Of a DNA stretch of 64,000 bases, positions 58,544 through 64,000 are shown in pieces. This DNA is from Takakia lepidozioides. Taxonomy: Eukaryota; Plantae; Bryophyta. The position numbers and the translations under genes were made by a program. Where the stretch lies: the NCBI GenBank assembly GCA_030704615.1, contig CM060731.1:95666001-95730000 (forward strand). The letters are read 5' to 3'. The notes below the pieces were generated by a model, which saw only the letters and a list, made by a program, of their open reading frames with translations, ran no database searches and was not told the origin of the DNA. How positions within the stretch are numbered: position 1 is the first letter of the stretch; each line of letters begins with the position of its first letter.

Positions 58544-59634
58544 CAGTGTTGGGCGGGTATTACTTTTTCTAATACCAGCCGGGTCTGGGTATTGAAAAGA
58601 AATTAACTTACAATACCAGCCGGTTCCATAGTATTGAAAGATTCCCTTAATTTTAATACCCGCCTCAATAGTAGTATGATTTTCGATTTGCGGATGGGTA
58701 TCAATAGGATGGATATTCCAATCTAATACCAGCCGGTCATCAATCCGGGTATAAATAATAAAAATTAAAAATTAAAAAAACCACTAAATCATTAATATGT
58801 ATTGTATTTATAATATTTCAGTTGATTTCACAAAGAAAATTTCCCTTAATTTTAATACCCGCCTCAATAGTAGTATGATTTTCGATTTGCGGATGGGTAT
58901 CAATAGGATGGGTATATATTTTTATTTTTATTTTTACAAGGGGACTGAGGCCCTGCTCGAACTTGGGTATTCCAACCTAATACCAGCCGGTTATCAACCT
59001 GGGTATAAATATTAAAAATTAAAAATTAAAAAACCATTAAATCATTAATATGTATTGAATTTAGAATATTTCAGTTGATTTCACAAATAAATGAATTATT
59101 ATGTTGCAAAATTCAGTCTTTGCATTACATAATAACAACGTTGCAGATCTTAATATCCAAATTGAAGCAAGCTTAGTTAAAAGAAGACTGTTTGCAACCT
59201 GATTGCAACCTCATCCTCAAATAAACCAGCATTTGCAATGAGGTCCTCATAAGACACCCTACATATGCTAAAGAAAAATAAAGAATAGGGGCGGGCCCGC
59301 CCTACATGTGATAAGAAATGAAGCATAGTAGCTGGCCCTTGGGGTTGGACATGCCCTCCTGACATGTGCACCCTCTTACCGCTGACATATTGTGCACCAA
59401 CCAATTTCCTATTCATACCATGGTATAGTCCTTGTTTTTGCCCATAATATGGGTATTCACCCGGGTATTGCCTTGGCAATACCAGCCGGCCCGGTTATCA
59501 ACCATAGTATTGGAATTGCCAATACCAGCCGGGTCGATTATTAACCATATTATTACAAAAGCTAATACCAACCAAGTCGGTTACTCAATACCCTGGTTGA
59601 ACCCCGCCAGACCCTATATACCAGTCCAACACTG
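58544..59634. mobile_element. Non-autonomous hAT element (1091 bp)
   Basis: TIR CAGTGTTGG / CCAACACTG; 8-bp TSD GTATGCAC at 58536-58543 and 59635-59642; AATACCAGCCGG subterminal repeats; internal duplication of about 200 bp. Confidence 0.92.
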
Positions 59635-61853
59635 GTATGCACCACCATTTGATCTTGTGGCCATCATGTCAACGGTCTGAGGTTGTTTGCGGTTCTAACG
59701 CTTGATCACTACGTTTAGTCTTATGACAATCGTTGTGTTACCGTACCTTCACTTGCCCTTCTTTTCTCTCATTCTGTGTATTGATGCGCTTATTTTGTTT
59801 TCTTAATTGTCCTTCAAGAGTTATAAAGCAGTAAGGGCGATTCCAAAGTTGAAATTACGAAGACCTGTAGTAAAACAGCATTTGGGATTGACTGTGTGCT
59901 GGGTTGGCATTATTGACTGGCATCCAACTCTAAAAATATCTAGCAAAGGTCATGGAACCTGTTGGGCCCCACTCCTTCAATTTTCATGTACCCCAAATGC
60001 AGTAGTTGTAATGAAACGACGCTTTCCAGCAACCAGTCTTGTTTTGGATACTAGTCTGTAATTTGACTTTTCCTTCCCGACAAGTTGGCAACCCTTACAA
60101 ATACGCAACCGTTGCTACTTACTGAAACAGCCAATAAAAGTTTGTATAAGCATGAACGAGACGCAACTATTAACCAGGACTATGGCACCTTTCTTCCTCA
60201 TTCATTCACTCACAATTTGCTGCACAAGTGTCACCGCCATCATTCCAGATGCTAATCCAGAGCCTACCAACTGGTCACGCAAAACCATTGCAAGCTAGTA
60301 GGTCAACAGATGGGACAAAGCCTTGGCGGCTCTCAAGGGGAATCTGGGGGGATAAGAGAGGCACGTATATATGTGGTGCTCCAAAGATCTGGAGAATCCC
60401 CTGCGAGGCCTGCCCTACCGTGCCCCGCTTTACTTTGCGAAGTAAGTAGGCCTACCAAAGCTCGCTCAGCGCAGCCATCGCTGGGATCGCTGCAGATCTG
60501 CTGGACCCCAGATTCTGGTGTCGATTTCAGCCCTCGAGCCTAGATTTGCCGTTAATGCTCTGCAACCCTCCATATATCTTTTCACACCTACCACCCACGC
60601 ACGCGCCCGTCCGGCTTCGCCCTACCTGCCCACCCGAATGTCGGTCGTGGGTCTGCGCCAATGGGGCCCCTGCACTCCGTACCCACCGCCGGTGACCACC
60701 CGGTAGGTGCGTAGCAAAACGTATATTATATGCGTATTATACAACAGATATGGTAGCTACTTTGTTAGGTACCTGTCTGGCTGCCTCAGTTCCGACATGA
60801 CTGCACTCTTAGTCAACGACTGTGACATCATCCACACGTATCCACTCATTCATCCATCCTCTCTTTGGCATCGTTACCGTGTGGCCTAAAGTGGCCCAAA
60901 GGGAGGATAGAATATTCCAACTACGCGGTCCATATGGCTCTCCGTACCACTTGCGGGGGTACTTCGGTGGGCAGCGTAGAGAACTGCCCGATAATTTCGT
61001 TTATATTTGGGGCCGATTTCGCCAAGCAGGCATTTTGGCGTGAGATTTTGGCTTCCTTTTACTTCCTTTTTTTTTTTTTTTTTTTTTTCCTTTTCAAATT
61101 TCTCTTAGACTTCTCTTTTTCTTCTATCCATTTCTTTATGTTTCAAAATCATGTTTTCGCCCGTTCTCATCTCCACCATCCAATTGAAAGAAACTTTAGG
61201 GCATTTCTTTGGTTGGAGAAGGCTCTCTATGAACAAGCAAGCCGCTAGTGGCATATGGCTCCTCTTTGTGAATAATGGAATCTACTTTAATCTATAACAA
61301 ACTTAAGAATTTATCTATTTATTTTTCAGCAATAACAGACATATCACTTTAGGGAGGTGCTACCTGGAGAAGGCATATCATGGAAGCATTTCTGAACAAA
61401 GGAGAGGAGGTGACACCTGGGGAAGGCATAACAAGGGCTTAGCAATTTTTCCTTAGAATAAAGAAGAGCTAATAAAGCAAGGGCTGGGTGGAGGGGTCTA
61501 ATCCATGCCCTTGGGAGGATATAGGGAGGACAAGGAGATGCCAGCCAGCAATAGATTTAATTCTATTGAAGACTGTAAGGTCGGAGACAACTTCTAGTGA
61601 GGAACAGGAATAGGGTGCCATAGTGCCATGTCAACATCATTGTCGTCATTTTTAAAACTGCACATGAAATAAAAGCTGAATTTTGAAAATCTCTTCTGCA
61701 AATCTGCTTCCTTTCTTCAGCCAGGTCATCATCATTATTTTTGTAAACTGCCTGAAAGAAAAAGTAAAAGAAAAAAAAAATCTGAATTTTGATTTTTTTT
61801 TTTGTGAATCTGCTCTAATATCATTTTCTTTTTTTCTTTTGTTTATTCGCACA

Positions 61854-63088
61854 TCAATATATGAAGCGAAGTGGGCTTTCCTAGGACAATGATTGGATAT
61901 ATCAAAATATGAAGCCTTGATAGGAGATATATCAACATAGGAAGCCTCGAAAGGAGACGCACTTGGATACATAGGAGATTGCACTTAGACTTAGATGACA
62001 TTGGACACTTTGGCCGACCGACTTGGTTTCACAAATTTTGGACCTACGGGCGGAGAATTATAGAAATATGAACAAATTTGGTCATTGAAAATTCAACTAA
62101 ATTGCAAAATTAAGTGTTGGAATGACGCTGGAGGTCGTAGTTGGGCCTCCACATGGGAGAAGCACTTGGATACATAGGAGATTGCACTTGGGCTTAGATG
62201 GGCCTTAACATAGGAGACGCACTTGGATACGTAGGAAACTGCACTTGGTCTTAGATCTCAATTCTTCACACATGGGCCAAACTGTAGGGACCCAGCTCTA
62301 GGGCTTGGTACCATTAGAAAGCCCTCGATGAAACGAATCAGCCTTAACATAGGAGACGCACTTGGATACATAGGAAATTGCACTTGGTCTTAGATTTCAA
62401 TTCTTCACACATGGGCCAACGGTAAGGTAGATTGTTTGTTTGTTTTGTTTTGTTTTGTCGCGTTGAGATGTCCCAAACTGCGGGACCTAGCCCTGGTGCT
62501 TGGTGCCGTTGGAAAGGCCTCGATGAGAAGGGGTGCACCGGCTTGGTCTCATGATTTTTGGACCTGCGGAGCGGGAGATATGGAATTTCAAGTACTTCTG
62601 GTCGCTGGAAATTCGTGAAAATTAGTAAAGTGGGCTTTCCTGCAACAATGATTGGCCCGAGACTTATGGAATTATAAACAATTTTGGTCGCTGAAAATCC
62701 CACTAAATTACATAATCAAGTGTTGGAAGGACATTGGAGGTTGCACTTGGGCTGAGATAGAGGCTACGATTTTGGTACCATTGGAAAGTCCTCGACGAGT
62801 AGGGGTGCACCGACTTGGTTTCACAAAATTTGGACCTACGGGCCGAGAATTATAGAAATATGAACAATTTTGGTCGCTGAAAATTCAACTAAATTATAAA
62901 ATTAAGTGTTGGAATGACACTGGAGCGCACTTGGGCCTCTACATGGGAGAAGCACTTGGATACATAGGAGATTGCACTTGGGCTTAGATGGGCCTTAACA
63001 TAGGAGACACACTTGGATACATAGGAAATTGCACTTGGTCTTAGATTTCAATTCTTCACACATGGGCCAACGGCTCAGGCTATCCTAG
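61854..63088 (+). mobile_element. Non-autonomous Helitron (composite, internal CACTTGG repeats)
   Basis: 5' A then TCAATATATGAAGCGA; 3' hairpin TGGGCC-AAC-GGCTCA followed by CTAG and T; internal duplication 62010-62280 vs 62810-63070. Confidence 0.75.
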
Positions 63089-63179
63089 TTCAAAGTAAAT
63101 GTTACAGCACTTCTAGATGTTAATTATGATAAAACCACAAAACATAAATCAATGGTTTGCCCAATTTTTGAATTACTAA

Positions 63180-63341
63180 TCAACATATGAAGCGAGATAG
63201 TTTGTTTGTTTTGTTTTGTTTTGTAGCTTTGAGATGTCCCAAACCGCGGGGCCCAGCCCTAGTGCTTGCTACCGTTGGAAAGCCCTCGATGAGGAGGGGT
63301 GCACCGGCTTGGTCTCATGATTTTTGGACCTGCGGTGTGGG
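63180..63341 (+). mobile_element. 5' part of a second Helitron copy
   Basis: A then TCAACATATGAAGCGA; aligns with 62430-62570 until 63341. Confidence 0.65.
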
Positions 63342-64000
63342 TGTCATGGTTTTAGTCATGGTTAACTAGAATTATCTGCTTCTAGTTAATTAGGATATTT
63401 TGGATATTTATATTTATATTTTGTATGTTGGGACTTCATTTGGTCTCATATGCCAAGTGAGGTGTCAAGCCTCACTTGGGACATGGGGATGGGCTTTCCC
63501 CTTGTGAGGGTTGAGGAGGCTCATCTTCTTGTAGTTGAGCTTCCATGAGTCGAGCTCTCACCTCCATAGCTCTAGATATTGAGAGGGAGTGTGTTGAGGG
63601 CTTTGTAGGGTGGATTCCTTTAGCAAAGGTGCCCTTGGCTTGACTTAGTTTATGTGATAGAGTGGATTTACTTGGACGGACTAGGGCTTGTTCTTAATGT
63701 GATTGCTTCATGCTTTGAGAGTTTTCATTATGTTCCACTTCTCTCATTTCTCATCTCTTATCACTACAAGAAGATCTCTTTATGCTTGTGAGTGCGAAGT
63801 GTAAGGATTAGTTTTGCACTTATATATCGAGGAGGTTGAGAGCTAGGAGAATTTAGCTCTTGTATCACAAGGCCTGCAAAGAAAGGTGCTCGGGTGTTGC
63901 ATGCACCAAGGAATTGAAGAGCTTGAGAAGAAAGCTCTTGAGTTACAAGATTTTGCAAGGATTGCAAAGAGGAAGTCTTCTGTGTGTAGAAACATGGATT
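63342..64000. repeat. Probable LTR of an element extending beyond the window
   Basis: Helitron similarity stops at TGTCATGG; non-coding LTR-like composition; partner end not visible. Confidence 0.45.

Noticed and set aside
60200-61250. GC-rich segment with short ORFs as a gene or promoter
   Set aside because: No recognisable domain or splice structure.

Overview
Repeat-dense nuclear DNA from a land plant. The TE and PPR sequence style suggests a non-seed plant, probably a bryophyte (inference). Only one intact host gene is evident: a 6-exon ABI3/LAV-family B3 transcription factor (54350-58300). The rest is a nested, partly scrambled TE mosaic. It contains two copies of a non-chromovirus Ty3/Gypsy element with a long extra coding region after integrase, a broken CACTA element whose TnpA-like gene contains an FCP1/NIF HAD domain, a LINE, hAT-type MITEs, non-autonomous Helitrons, and decayed PLS-PPR fragments joined to OSB-type PDF motifs. 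The most notable feature is a short-TIR Mutator-like family present three times; one copy is fully delimited at 35887-43376 by a 9-bp TSD inside a Gypsy RT gene. Each copy carries, next to one terminus, a spliced gene resembling prokaryotic beta-class N4-cytosine/N6-adenine DNA methyltransferases. The complete copy also carries arrays of a 20-28-bp palindrome (GAATTTCGGCGCCGAAATTC) spaced about 63-64 bp apart, often with unrelated spacers. All family assignments come from motifs recognised by eye; no searches were run.
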